DNA from: Gammaproteobacteria bacterium
GTDB taxonomy: Bacteria > Pseudomonadota > Gammaproteobacteria > UBA4575
Direction: 5' to 3'
Assembly (NCBI GenBank): GCA_965242685.1
Contig: OZ251487.1
Location: forward strand, 93,591-157,590
Length of the DNA stretch: 64,000 bases
The notes beneath the pieces were generated by a model. The model was not told the DNA's origin and made no database searches. It saw only the letters and a list, made by a program, of their open reading frames with translations. The translations under genes and the position numbers were made by a program. Below are positions 36,476-46,071 of this stretch, one piece after another. Numbering within the stretch: the first letter of the stretch is position 1; each line of letters opens with the position of its first letter.

Positions 36476-37540
36476 ATGGAAATAAGAATACCTATGAAAA
36501 CAGCCTTAAATACCTTATATGCAGCCGTCATCGCCGTGTCTTTGTCGGTGCCCGTATCGGCGGCAGACTTTGATGCGGCGGTGGAGGCCTACGAACGAGG
36601 CGACTACGCCACCGCCTTACGCGAATTCCGTCCGCTTGCCGAACAGGGATTGGCCGAGGCTCAGCTTGAACTGGGAAACATGTACCACGAAGGAAAGGGC
36701 GTTGAGAAGGACTACGAGGAGGCCGTGTCTTGGTATCGTAAGGCCGCCGAACAGGGAAATGCCTACGCCCAGTATAATCTGGGCCTCATGTACTACAAAG
36801 GAGAGGGCGTTGCCCAGGACTACGCGCAGGCCGTGTCCTGGTATCGCAAGGCCGCCGAGCAGGGAGATGCCGCCGCCCAGTATAATCTGGGATTCATGTA
36901 CGCCACAGGCGAGGGCGTTGCCCGGGACTACGCGCAGGCCGTGTCCTGGGTTCGCAAGGCCGCCGAGCAGGGAGATGCCGCCGCCCAGCATATACTGGGA
37001 TACATGTACCAACATGGCAAGGGCGTTACCCGGGACTACAAGGAGGCCGTATCCTGGTATCGCCAGGCCGCCGCACAGGGATTGGCCAAAGCCCAGTCTT
37101 TTCTGGGAGTCATGTACTACTTTGGACAGGGTGTTGACCGGGACTACGAGGAGGCCGCGTCTTGGTATCTCAAGGCCGCCAAACAGGGACATGCCGATGC
37201 CCAGTTTTATCTGGGCCTCATGTACGCCAAAGGCGAGGGCGTTGCCAAGGATCCCCGACAAGCGGTGTTCTGGTATCGCCAGGCCGCCGACCAGGGATTG
37301 GCCAAAGCCCAGTTTACTCTGGGATATATGTACTTCATAGGCGAGGGCGTTGCCAAGGACTACGTACAGGCCTACGCCTGGGTTCATCTCGCCGCCGCGC
37401 AAGGCCATGAATACGCGAAGGAACTCCAGGACATGGTAAAGCAAGCCATGACGTCGGCACAGCTTGCCGACGGCCAGCAACTTAGCCGCGAACTGGCGGC
37501 GAAAATTTCCCGAATGAATACCCGAACCCCCCATGATTGA
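36476..37540 (+). CDS. Sel1-like repeat protein with signal peptide
   Basis: 354 aa. Signal peptide [18 protein letters not shown]. Confidence 0.8.
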   Translation: MEIRIPMKTALNTLYAAVIAVSLSVPVSAADFDAAVEAYERGDYATALREFRPLAEQGLAEAQLELGNMYHEGKGVEKDYEEAVSWYRKAAEQGNAYAQYNLGLMYYKGEGVAQDYAQAVSWYRKAAEQGDAAAQYNLGFMYATGEGVARDYAQAVSWVRKAAEQGDAAAQHILGYMYQHGKGVTRDYKEAVSWYRQAAAQGLAKAQSFLGVMYYFGQGVDRDYEEAASWYLKAAKQGHADAQFYLGLMYAKGEGVAKDPRQAVFWYRQAADQGLAKAQFTLGYMYFIGEGVAKDYVQAYAWVHLAAAQGHEYAKELQDMVKQAMTSAQLADGQQLSRELAAKISRMNTRTPHD

Positions 37541-38027
37541 AGTCCTACAGACCGACATCACCGCACTGAAGATCGACGCCATCGTCAATGCCGCCAACTC
37601 CAGCCTGCTCGGCGGCGGCGGTGTGGACGGTGCCATCCACCGCGCCGCCGGCCCCGAACTCCTGGCGTTCAACAAAACCCTGGGAGGCTGCCAAACCGGC
37701 CACGCCAAACTATCGCCCGGCTTCAAACTCGCGGCAAGATGGATCCTCCACACCGTCGGCCCGGTATGGCAGGGCGGCGATGCCGGCGAACCCGAACTGC
37801 TGCAAAGCTGCTACCGCCGCTGCCTGGAACTGGCGCACTCCAAAGGCGCAAAATCCATCGCCTTTCCCGCCATCAGCACCGGCGTGTACGGCTACCCCAA
37901 AGAGGCCGCCGCCGAAATTGCCGTTCGCTGTATGAAAGAATACCAACCGAAATTTGAACGCATCGTCGCCTGCTGTTTCAGTGAGGCGGACGCCGCCCGC
38001 TATCGGCGATTACTGGCCGCCGGCTAG
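37533..38027 (+). CDS. macro-domain protein (ADP-ribose / O-acetyl-ADP-ribose binding or deacetylase, YmdB-like)
   Basis: 164 aa. [24 protein letters not shown] motif. Overlaps the upstream Sel1 gene by 8 nt. Confidence 0.8.
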   Translation: MIEVLQTDITALKIDAIVNAANSSLLGGGGVDGAIHRAAGPELLAFNKTLGGCQTGHAKLSPGFKLAARWILHTVGPVWQGGDAGEPELLQSCYRRCLELAHSKGAKSIAFPAISTGVYGYPKEAAAEIAVRCMKEYQPKFERIVACCFSEADAARYRRLLAAG

Positions 38028-38033
38028 GCTTAC

Positions 38034-38101
38034 CCGCGATTCAAAATATTGCTGGATCGAACTGCCGCTTGATCGCCCGCATCAGCTCTGGCGGAACCGG
38101 C
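38034..38101. repeat. displaced duplicate of the glcD 3-prime end (about 80% identical to 38455-38523)
   Basis: Compare cgattcaaaatattgctggatcgaactgccgcttgatcgcccgcatcagctctggcggaaccgg with ggattcaaaatatcgttgggatcaaactgccccttgatcttccgcatcagctccagcgtaaccgg. Confidence 0.7.
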
Positions 38102-38262
38102 GCCCCCCTGTTTACGGTAGATTCAGGCTTAAAATCGAATAAGATACTAAAATCGACCCCCCTGTTTACGGTAGATTCGGCCTAAAATCAAATAAGGTGC
38201 CCAAAATCGACCTCCCTGTTTACGGGTAAATTCAGGCCTAAAATCGAATAAGGCACTTAAAA
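38100..38262. repeat. 3 x ~56-bp tandem repeat (cccctgtttacggtagattcaggcYtaaaatcRaataag...aaaatcgacc)
   Basis: Direct inspection. Confidence 0.8.
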
Positions 38263-38302
38263 AGTTTATTAAGCTATTGTTTTTTAACAGAAAGTAAGGA
38301 TC

Positions 38303-38431
38303 AACATAAAGTAATTTCTAACTTTTTTCCGTCCATCCCGATATATCCCGAAATATCTCGTTAAATCCCATTATTCCCCCGATTTATCCCCGTTTTGTCC
38401 CAATTCGTCCCGATTTATCCCGATTTTTTTT
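38303..38431. repeat. about 9 x 10-11-bp phased repeat (WtcccgaWWtA), ending in a T-run
   Basis: Sequence catcccgatat atcccgaaat atctcgttaa atcccattat tcccccgattt atccccgtttt gtcccaattc gtcccgattt atcccgatttttttttt. Confidence 0.7.
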
Positions 38432-39806
38432 TCCCCTTCGGGGGTAAAGTTTTGCCTGGATTCAAAATATCGTTGGGATCAAACTGCCCCTTGATCTTCC
38501 GCATCAGCTCCAGCGTAACCGGATCGATCTCCCTACTTACATAATCCCGTTTCAGCATCCCGATCCCATGCTCCCCGGACAGCGTACCGCCTAGCTTCAG
38601 CACCAGATCGAACACCTCATCCAGACACCGCCGCGCCGCCTCCGCCTCCACCGCCTTGGCCTTGTCGTACAACAGATTCACGTGCAAATTGCCGTTGCCG
38701 GCGTGCCCAAAACTAAAGATCGGGATCTTGTGCTTGTCACCGAGCAATTCCAGCCCCCGCAACAGTTTCGGCAGTTTCGAAACCGGCACCACCACATCCT
38801 CGTTGATCTTGTCGGGCGCAAAACTGCGCAAGGCGGGCGACAATGCTTTGCGCGCCGCCCATAAGTCATGGCGCGCATCCTGCGCGGTCTGCACCTCGAT
38901 ACAGCCGTCGTTCGATGCTGCCTGCCGGATAGCCTCAATGCGTAGGCCGGCGGTTTGTGCCAGGCCGTCCGTCTCGATGATCAACATGGCCTGTGCCTGC
39001 GGGTCGAGATCAACCTGTCGGCGAATCAGGTTCAGCGAGCGATGATCGATAAACTCCAGCGCGCAAGGCAGGGCGCCTTGTGCAAGGATGCGGATGACGG
39101 CATCGATGGCGGCATGGTCGCCCTTGTACAGGGCGCAAAGGGTGTCGATACGTTCGGCCGCGGGGCGGAGCTTGAGTCGCGCTTGGGTAATCACCGCCAG
39201 GATACCTTCGGAACCGATCAGCAGGCGCGTCAGATCCAGCCCCGTTACGCCCTTGGTTGTGGCGCTGCCGGTATGGATCACCTCGCCGGCGCCGGTAACG
39301 GCATGAAGGCTCAGCGTGTTTTCCCTGCAAGTGCCGTACTTTACCGCACGCGGGCCGGCGGCATTGCAGGCGAGGTTTCCGCCTATCGTGCAGTGCTCGG
39401 CACTGCTCGGGTCGGGCGGCCAAAACAGGCGATGTTCCGCCGCGCGTTTTTGCACGTCAATATTCAGTACGCCCGGCTCGACGCATATCGTCCCGTTTGC
39501 GGGGTCCATCTCAACTATGCGGTCCATACGTTCCGTTGAAAGCACGACGCCCGCCGACATAGGAACGGCACCGCCGGTGGTGCCGGTACCCAGCCCGCGC
39601 GTCGTCAACGGTATCCTAAATTCATTGCAAATCTGTACGCATTGTTGGATCTGTTCGGCCTGCCAAGGGAGCACCACCAGTTGTGGGCAGGCGTGTTGTC
39701 TGCTGTTGTCGTAGCCATAAGTCCAGCATTCGCCTTGATCGGTCAGTACGGCTTGGCGCCCGCATACATCGATGAAACGGCGAACGATATGGCTGTTCGG
39801 AGACAC
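38415..39806 (-). CDS. FAD-linked oxidase, GlcD / D-lactate dehydrogenase family
   Basis: 463 aa with an N-terminal FAD-binding PCMH domain. Confidence 0.8.
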   Translation of the reverse strand: MSPNSHIVRRFIDVCGRQAVLTDQGECWTYGYDNSRQHACPQLVVLPWQAEQIQQCVQICNEFRIPLTTRGLGTGTTGGAVPMSAGVVLSTERMDRIVEMDPANGTICVEPGVLNIDVQKRAAEHRLFWPPDPSSAEHCTIGGNLACNAAGPRAVKYGTCRENTLSLHAVTGAGEVIHTGSATTKGVTGLDLTRLLIGSEGILAVITQARLKLRPAAERIDTLCALYKGDHAAIDAVIRILAQGALPCALEFIDHRSLNLIRRQVDLDPQAQAMLIIETDGLAQTAGLRIEAIRQAASNDGCIEVQTAQDARHDLWAARKALSPALRSFAPDKINEDVVVPVSKLPKLLRGLELLGDKHKIPIFSFGHAGNGNLHVNLLYDKAKAVEAEAARRCLDEVFDLVLKLGGTLSGEHGIGMLKRDYVSREIDPVTLELMRKIKGQFDPNDILNPGKTLPPKGKKKSG

Positions 39807-39810
39807 TTGG

Positions 39811-40407
<597 letters not shown>

Positions 40408-40417
40408 CTACAGGATA

Positions 40418-40825
40418 TCAGTGTGCGTTGAATGCGTTACTTATCCACTTGGGATTGAGTGAGGCGTCAAATCCTACGACATCAAAGCGTGCGGGGACGT
40501 CCAGTCGGTGGCTGGCCAGATAGTGACGCGCGGTCAAAATGAGTTTTTTTATCTTTTTTGAGTCAACGCTGTCGATACCCGTTCCGTAGCTTTTATGTTC
40601 TCTGTAGCGTACTTCAACGAATACCAGTTGTTCCTTGTCTCGCATAATCAGGTCAATCTCGCCACGGTTACAGCGATAGTTTTTATCGACCAGTGTCAGC
40701 CCTTGTCGTTGTAGATAGCGGCAGGCCCGGTGCTCGGCATATTGGCCTTTACTCTTTTTGTCACCGCGATGAAGCGGGCTGGAACGCAACCGGATTTTCG
40801 CTATCAAGCCTTTGAGGGTAGCCAT
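40418..40825 (-). CDS. yraN: YraN/UPF0102 family endonuclease-like protein
   Basis: 135 aa with EIDLIMRD...VFVEVRYR motif. Confidence 0.7.
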   Translation of the reverse strand: MATLKGLIAKIRLRSSPLHRGDKKSKGQYAEHRACRYLQRQGLTLVDKNYRCNRGEIDLIMRDKEQLVFVEVRYREHKSYGTGIDSVDSKKIKKLILTARHYLASHRLDVPARFDVVGFDASLNPKWISNAFNAH

Positions 40826-42683
40826 TTTTGAATTTTGCCCAGATGAGTTTTCGATAAATACGGTTTTGTTTGTCGATACTTATTTTTCCCGTCACTCCAT
40901 TATAGCGGTCGTGTCGGTATGTTGCTAAACGGCGTAAATGAGGGATGATTTGATAGGCGTCTACACCCAACGCCGCAAAGCGCGGCAGATAGGATTGACC
41001 GCTCGATAGCTTTAGGTTCGATGAGTCGCGTAACAGCTCTATCGTCGAGTCGGTCGACAACAACCACGGGATATCGCAATAGGTGATGCCGTTGATATCC
41101 TGATCGGCAGAGATGTTTTCTTTACCTGAAAAGATGTGTGAGGTTGCGTATACGGGCAGGTCCGATGCGTAATGATAGCTTAATTGTGGTCGTAACAGCC
41201 GGGCCTGCCGAGGGGATGCAGCAATGAAAATGAAATCGGCATCGCGGCGTCTTTCCGGCTCAAAACCCGTCTTTTTCCCGATGATTGATTGTATGTTGCG
41301 ATGCCGTTGTTCGCTTTGATCAAGCCGCAAGAGCCTTTTTATTGTAGCGGAGTAATCTGCCTGCGTTGAGATGTAGCGTTCAGATTGCAGCACGACGCCG
41401 CCAAGCTCGAAAAAGCGTGACGTGAACGCCTCTAGTAAACGAGTTCCCCAATTACCATCCGAGACCAGCGCCAAAGCCGTGAGGTGGCCGTCAAAAAAAG
41501 CCCGCTCCGCTACTTGTACGGCCTCGTCTTCCGGGAGCAAGCCGAATTGAAACATGTTTTGTGAATCTGTCGCCGTCGCCGTGCTTGTGGCGTCGGCATA
41601 GTTGAGTAGAAGAGACGGCACGGGTAGCCGTGTCCGTCGCACCAACGCGTTGACCGCTTCTTTCTGTAACGGGCCGATGATAAAATCCGCGCCTTCATTG
41701 ACGGCCCGGTGATAGGAGTTTCTGGCTGTAGATGGGTTTTCGCCCGTGTCATACAAAATTATTTCCGGTAAAGGATTGAAACTTTCACTGAACTCGTGTG
41801 CAGTAGTGATCCCCGCATAAATAGCGTTTGCCACGTTGCTGTAGCGCCCCGTCATGGGCAATAGCAGGGCAATCCTGGTTGGTGATATTTGGAAAGATGC
41901 CCACTCTTTTGTAATGGATTCTATTATATGATTGGGAACGTCGTGCCGCGGATGTTGAAAGTGCCACTGCTGTAATTGGCTTTCCAGGGCATGCAGGGTT
42001 TCATGCGGTTGCTTTTGAATGGATGCAAGGCTTAGCCACGCCGATAACCGGGGGTTTGTGTTGCTGTTTTCCCACGCCCTGATTGCCCCGACATTGAGTT
42101 CGGACAGCGATTGCCAGATCAGTTGTCTGTTCTTGTCAAGCCGGCTCGGTTTTTTCAGTAATGCGTCAAGTGCGATGCGGGTTTCAATTGATGCCTTGAT
42201 CTGTTTGCTGTCTCGTAGAGCGTGGGCGCGAATTTCCAGCATACGCGGTTTGTACTTTTGTGAAAGTTTGACAAGTTTTTCCGGTATCGCTTCAAGTGCT
42301 TTCCGAGGCTGTCCGCGCATCATTTCAAGCTCTGCCGTTGCGACGCGCTTGCGTATGAGTAAGTCCTGTGTCAGGGCCTGCTCATCAATGGCATTCAGAT
42401 ACTGTCGGGCCTGCAGCTCGGTTTGTGGTTGCAGCACGGCTTCGACCGCCCTTATCTGTAAGATCTCGCGACGTGGTGAAGTCTCTTTCTCGGCAACGGT
42501 CCAGAATATGGTTGCGGCCTGCCGGTTTTTCCCGGCCTTCAGCAGTGTTTCAGCTTGCCGGATTTGAGAGGGGGCCGTATCGAGAGTTTGGCCGTCGGGC
42601 GAGGGTAGGGGTAGGTCTGCGCAGCCGGAAAGTACGCATACGATGGTGATTAGGGCTACAATATTTGCGGTTTTGCGTATCAT
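40761..42683 (-). CDS. lpoA: penicillin-binding protein activator LpoA-like outer-membrane lipoprotein
   Basis: Start moved to MIRKTANIVALITIVCVLSGCA (lipobox; ATG at 42681-42683). Large TPR plus periplasmic-binding-like domains. Synteny with yraN and diaA. Confidence 0.65.
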   Translation of the reverse strand: MIRKTANIVALITIVCVLSGCADLPLPSPDGQTLDTAPSQIRQAETLLKAGKNRQAATIFWTVAEKETSPRREILQIRAVEAVLQPQTELQARQYLNAIDEQALTQDLLIRKRVATAELEMMRGQPRKALEAIPEKLVKLSQKYKPRMLEIRAHALRDSKQIKASIETRIALDALLKKPSRLDKNRQLIWQSLSELNVGAIRAWENSNTNPRLSAWLSLASIQKQPHETLHALESQLQQWHFQHPRHDVPNHIIESITKEWASFQISPTRIALLLPMTGRYSNVANAIYAGITTAHEFSESFNPLPEIILYDTGENPSTARNSYHRAVNEGADFIIGPLQKEAVNALVRRTRLPVPSLLLNYADATSTATATDSQNMFQFGLLPEDEAVQVAERAFFDGHLTALALVSDGNWGTRLLEAFTSRFFELGGVVLQSERYISTQADYSATIKRLLRLDQSEQRHRNIQSIIGKKTGFEPERRRDADFIFIAASPRQARLLRPQLSYHYASDLPVYATSHIFSGKENISADQDINGITYCDIPWLLSTDSTIELLRDSSNLKLSSGQSYLPRFAALGVDAYQIIPHLRRLATYRHDRYNGVTGKISIDKQNRIYRKLIWAKFKNGYPQRLDSENPVAFQPASSR

Positions 42684-42746
42684 TACGTATTTTCGGAATG
42701 TGTTTTGCCCGGGTTCACTCGCATAAGAAATCGGATTCGCTAAAAA

Positions 42747-43595
42747 GTGGATAATCAAGGTACTTTGTACGTCATTGCTACGCCGATCGGCAATCTGTCA
42801 GATATTACTCTGCGAGCATTGGATACCATGAAAAGAATCAAGGTTCTTTTGGCTGAAGATACTCGTATAACCATAAGACTCCTCAAACGTTATGGTATCC
42901 AAGCGAGACTGGAATCGCTACATGATTTTAATGAGTCCGGTAAAGTTGCGGTATTGATCAGGCAGTTGTTGGGCGGTGTGGACATGGGACTTGTGGCCGA
43001 CGCCGGCACCCCGTTGATCAGTGACCCGGGGTATAAACTGGTTTCTAGTGCGAGACGTGAAGGTATACAGATACGCCCGGTTCCGGGTGCGAGTGCAGTA
43101 ACGGCGGCTTTATCCGTAGCAGGCATACCCGCCAACCGCTTTACCTTTGAAGGTTTCCCGCCCAAGAAGGCTGCGGAACGGAAGGCCTATTTGCTTACTC
43201 TTCAACGCGAGGTGCGTTCAATGGTATTTTATGAGTCACCACACCGGATTCAGTCATTCATCCAAACTTGTATTGATGTATTTGGTAGTCACAGGAAGGC
43301 GGCTCTTTTACGTGAGATGACGAAACAGTTTGAACAGCATTTCAGCGGGGAACTCGCAGGAATTCAGCAGACATTACGTGAGAATCCCGGCTCCATTAAA
43401 GGTGAATATGTGGTTGTATTGAATGGAAATAAGTCATCGGACATGACAACGGAGATGGAAAAGGCTCAACGGCTTTTAACTGATTTGCGAAAGTACATGT
43501 CTAATAAAGACGCCGTGGAAATCGTCGCCAGACACGTCGGTCTTGGGCGCAACCAGCTATATGCGTTGGCACTGGAAAACCCTTCGGAAGACTAG
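42747..43595 (+). CDS. rsmI: 16S rRNA (cytidine1402-2'-O)-methyltransferase
   Basis: 282 aa starting LYVIATPIGNLSDITLRALDTMKRIKVLLAEDTR; tetrapyrrole-methylase fold. Confidence 0.9.
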   Translation: MDNQGTLYVIATPIGNLSDITLRALDTMKRIKVLLAEDTRITIRLLKRYGIQARLESLHDFNESGKVAVLIRQLLGGVDMGLVADAGTPLISDPGYKLVSSARREGIQIRPVPGASAVTAALSVAGIPANRFTFEGFPPKKAAERKAYLLTLQREVRSMVFYESPHRIQSFIQTCIDVFGSHRKAALLREMTKQFEQHFSGELAGIQQTLRENPGSIKGEYVVVLNGNKSSDMTTEMEKAQRLLTDLRKYMSNKDAVEIVARHVGLGRNQLYALALENPSED

Positions 43596-43617
43596 TTGGG
43601 GATATGTTATAGTCAAA

Positions 43618-44047
43618 CCGGGAGTTGGCCAGGCAGTCGCTTCCCCGCTTGTGGGCACACGGGACGGGGAAGAGGAAAGTCCGGGCTTTTTGGGCGAGGC
43701 GCCAGGTAATGCCTGGAGGACGTGAGTTCATGGAAAGTGCAACAGAAAGTAAACCGCCCGACCACCCGGTACAACAGTCAGCCTCGTTTTTTGTAAAATC
43801 ACGTAAGGCTGATTGAAGGGACGGTCGGGTAAGGGTGAAATGGTGTGGTAAGAGCACACCGCTCAACCGGTAACGGTTGTGGCTAGGTAAACCCCGCCTA
43901 AAGCAAGACCAAATAGGGGAGTACGGAACTATGTTCCGGCACATGGCCCGTGTGGGCTCCCGGGTAGGTCGCTTGAGGTTTGTGGTGACACAAATCCCAG
44001 ATGAATGACTGCCCCCGACAGAACCCGGCTTATCGGCCGACTCCCGG
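43618..44047 (+). ncRNA. rnpB: RNase P RNA, bacterial type A
   Basis: Conserved blocks GGAAAGTCCGGGCT, AGGGTGAAATGGTGTGGTAAGAGCACACC, CCAAATAGGGGAGTACGG and ACAGAACCCGGCTTATCGGCC. Terminal P1 pairing ccgggagttggcc/ggccgactcccgg. Confidence 0.85.
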
Positions 44048-44314
44048 CCTATATGAATGCTGACTGTCCCCCTTAGTTATCCATCAACCTGACCGAAATC
44101 CATCAGCCTGACCCAAAGGACAAGGTCAAGGCACACTTGATTAATAAAACAAGTAAATAGCGCGATATTTTTAATGTAAAAAATAATATTATTTATTTAA
44201 CTATATAAATAGAAAAAGATATTATTTGTTTTTACATGGCCTCAGATATGGAATATCAAGGCCATGATCCTTCCGAAATCCTACATATTTTCTGGTTTTT
44301 CCCTTGAATTTTGC

Positions 44315-44344
44315 TTGCAATCTGAAAAAAAGCATTCCTATAAT
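44315..44344 (+). promoter_or_regulatory. sigma70-type promoter Pmra (TTGCAA - 18 nt - TATAAT)
   Basis: The -35 at 44315-44320 and -10 at 44339-44344 are well placed upstream of mraZ. Confidence 0.5.
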
Positions 44345-44353
44345 GTTGAAAAG

Positions 44354-44378
44354 TGGGGAATTATGGGATGTAGTGGGA
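44354..44378 (+). promoter_or_regulatory. MraZ operator: three direct TGGGN repeats at exact 10-bp spacing (TGGGG-aatta-TGGGA-tgtag-TGGGA)
   Basis: Matches the known MraZ binding-site architecture. Lies between Pmra and the mraZ start. Confidence 0.6.
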
Positions 44379-44401
44379 GATAGTTTCAGGGTATTTATCC
44401 T

Positions 44402-44860
44402 ATGTTACGAGGTATTAATGAACTTAGTCTGGACGACAAGGGTCGCTTGTCCCTTCCGGCCCGTTATCACGAGCACGTTCGCGAAAGCTGTGGGGGAAGT
44501 TTGGTTATTACCATTGACGCTGACGGCTGTTTACTGATTTACCCACTTTCTGAATGGGAGAGTATTGAGGAGAAGCTTCAGCAGTTGCCCAATACTAGCA
44601 GGCAGGTAAGAGATTTGCAGCGCATGCTTCTCGGTCACGCGACGGATTGTGGGGTTGATAAGCAAAATCGTATCTTGCTGCCTACATCTTTACGACAACC
44701 CGCCGGGTTGAAAAAACACGTAGTCTTGATCGGTCAAGGTAACAAGTTTGAGCTTTGGGACAGGCAAACCTGGGAGGACATGCGTGTGCGCTGGATCAGG
44801 ATCAAGGAACAGAGTGAGTTAAAAGGTCCTCCTGCCGAACTTGAAACACTCTCAATTTGA
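44402..44860 (+). CDS. mraZ: transcriptional regulator MraZ
   Basis: 152 aa with two DXXXR motifs (LSLDDKGRLSLP / VDKQNRILLP). Confidence 0.9.
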   Translation: MLRGINELSLDDKGRLSLPARYHEHVRESCGGSLVITIDADGCLLIYPLSEWESIEEKLQQLPNTSRQVRDLQRMLLGHATDCGVDKQNRILLPTSLRQPAGLKKHVVLIGQGNKFELWDRQTWEDMRVRWIRIKEQSELKGPPAELETLSI

Positions 44861-45801
44861 ATATGCAGGCTGATGCTTATGATTTCCATCAACCCGTTTT
44901 GCTTAAAGAGGTAATAGAGGCATTAAAGATATGTGCAAATGGTACGTATATCGATTGCACGTTTGGTCGCGGCGGGCACAGCAGGCAACTTTTGAAAAGG
45001 CTGGGGGCCAACGGGCGTATTGTTGCCATCGATCAGGACCCTCAGGCCGTTGTTTACGGGAAAAGGTTATTTGCTGAGGATCCGCGCATGATGATTGAAC
45101 AATGGAATTTTTCGCAAATTTTGCAACTTGCAGGGGTCTATAACCTCAGTGAGAAAACCAACGGCATTTTATTTGATCTGGGGGTTTCATCACCCCAGCT
45201 TGATGATCCAAAGAGAGGGTTCAGTTTTATGCAGGATGGACCGCTTGACATGCGTATGAACGTTAATCAGGGCATTCCGGCCGCAACGTGGTTACAACGG
45301 GTTAGTGCTCGTGATTTAGAAAATGTACTCAGAGTATACGGTCAGGAGCGTCAAGCGAAAAAGATTGCCGCCGCAATATTGAAGCGACAAAAAGCTGGTC
45401 CGTTAAAAACGACGATGCAACTCGCCGAAGTGGTGCGGAGAACGATTGGTCAATCACGTGAGCGAAAGCACCCCGCAACGCGTACTTTTCAGGCCATACG
45501 TATTTTTATTAATCAGGAACTGGCGGCATTGGAGAAGGCACTGGACGGCTGTGTCGGGCTGCTTACTCGGTCCGGGCGTCTGTTGGTAATAACGTTTCAC
45601 TCCATGGAAGATCAACTGGTCAGGAGTTTTTTTCGCAAGTACAGCCAGCCTAATTTGCCTCGAAAATTACCCTTGCCCGGTCAATTTACGCCGCAGTTAA
45701 AAAGAATTTGTAAACCGATCAGACCTTCAACCGAGGAAGTCGCCGAAAATCCCAGGGCAAGAAGTGCAAAACTGCACGTTATGGAGCGTGTCTCATGCTA
45801 A
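44857..45801 (+). CDS. rsmH: 16S rRNA (cytosine1402-N4)-methyltransferase
   Basis: 314 aa starting HQPVLLKEVIEAL...DCTFGRGGHS. Confidence 0.9.
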   Translation: MNMQADAYDFHQPVLLKEVIEALKICANGTYIDCTFGRGGHSRQLLKRLGANGRIVAIDQDPQAVVYGKRLFAEDPRMMIEQWNFSQILQLAGVYNLSEKTNGILFDLGVSSPQLDDPKRGFSFMQDGPLDMRMNVNQGIPAATWLQRVSARDLENVLRVYGQERQAKKIAAAILKRQKAGPLKTTMQLAEVVRRTIGQSRERKHPATRTFQAIRIFINQELAALEKALDGCVGLLTRSGRLLVITFHSMEDQLVRSFFRKYSQPNLPRKLPLPGQFTPQLKRICKPIRPSTEEVAENPRARSAKLHVMERVSC

Positions 45802-46067
45802 GCAGGCTGGCGTTAATCGTGATTTTATTCGCTATCAACGTCTTTGTTGGAGTTGGGGTCGTTTATTCAAAACATTCTGTTCGCAAGGCATTTGTTGAAC
45901 TACAGGGTTTGCAGGAACAATTTGATGAGTTGCAAGTGGAGTGGCGGCGTCTGCAACTGGAACAAAGCACTTGGGCAACGCACAGCAGGGTGGAACGGCT
46001 TGCGCGCGAGAAATTGGATATGCATCTTGTAAATGGGAGCGGGCTGATATTTTTAAGAGTGCCCTGA
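45795..46067 (+). CDS. ftsL: cell division protein FtsL
   Basis: 90 aa, single TM helix plus coiled coil; position between rsmH and ftsI. Confidence 0.8.
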   Translation: MLSRLALIVILFAINVFVGVGVVYSKHSVRKAFVELQGLQEQFDELQVEWRRLQLEQSTWATHSRVERLAREKLDMHLVNGSGLIFLRVP

Positions 46068-46071
46068 AATT

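Noticed and set aside
38100-38262. CRISPR-like appearance of three ~56-bp direct repeats
   Set aside because: Units are directly adjacent with no unique spacers between them. This is a plain tandem repeat, not a CRISPR array, and no cas genes are present.
38433-38445. GC hairpin ccccttcggggg as a terminator for glcD
   Set aside because: It lies inside the glcD 3-prime coding end and is not followed by a U-run on the glcD transcript strand.
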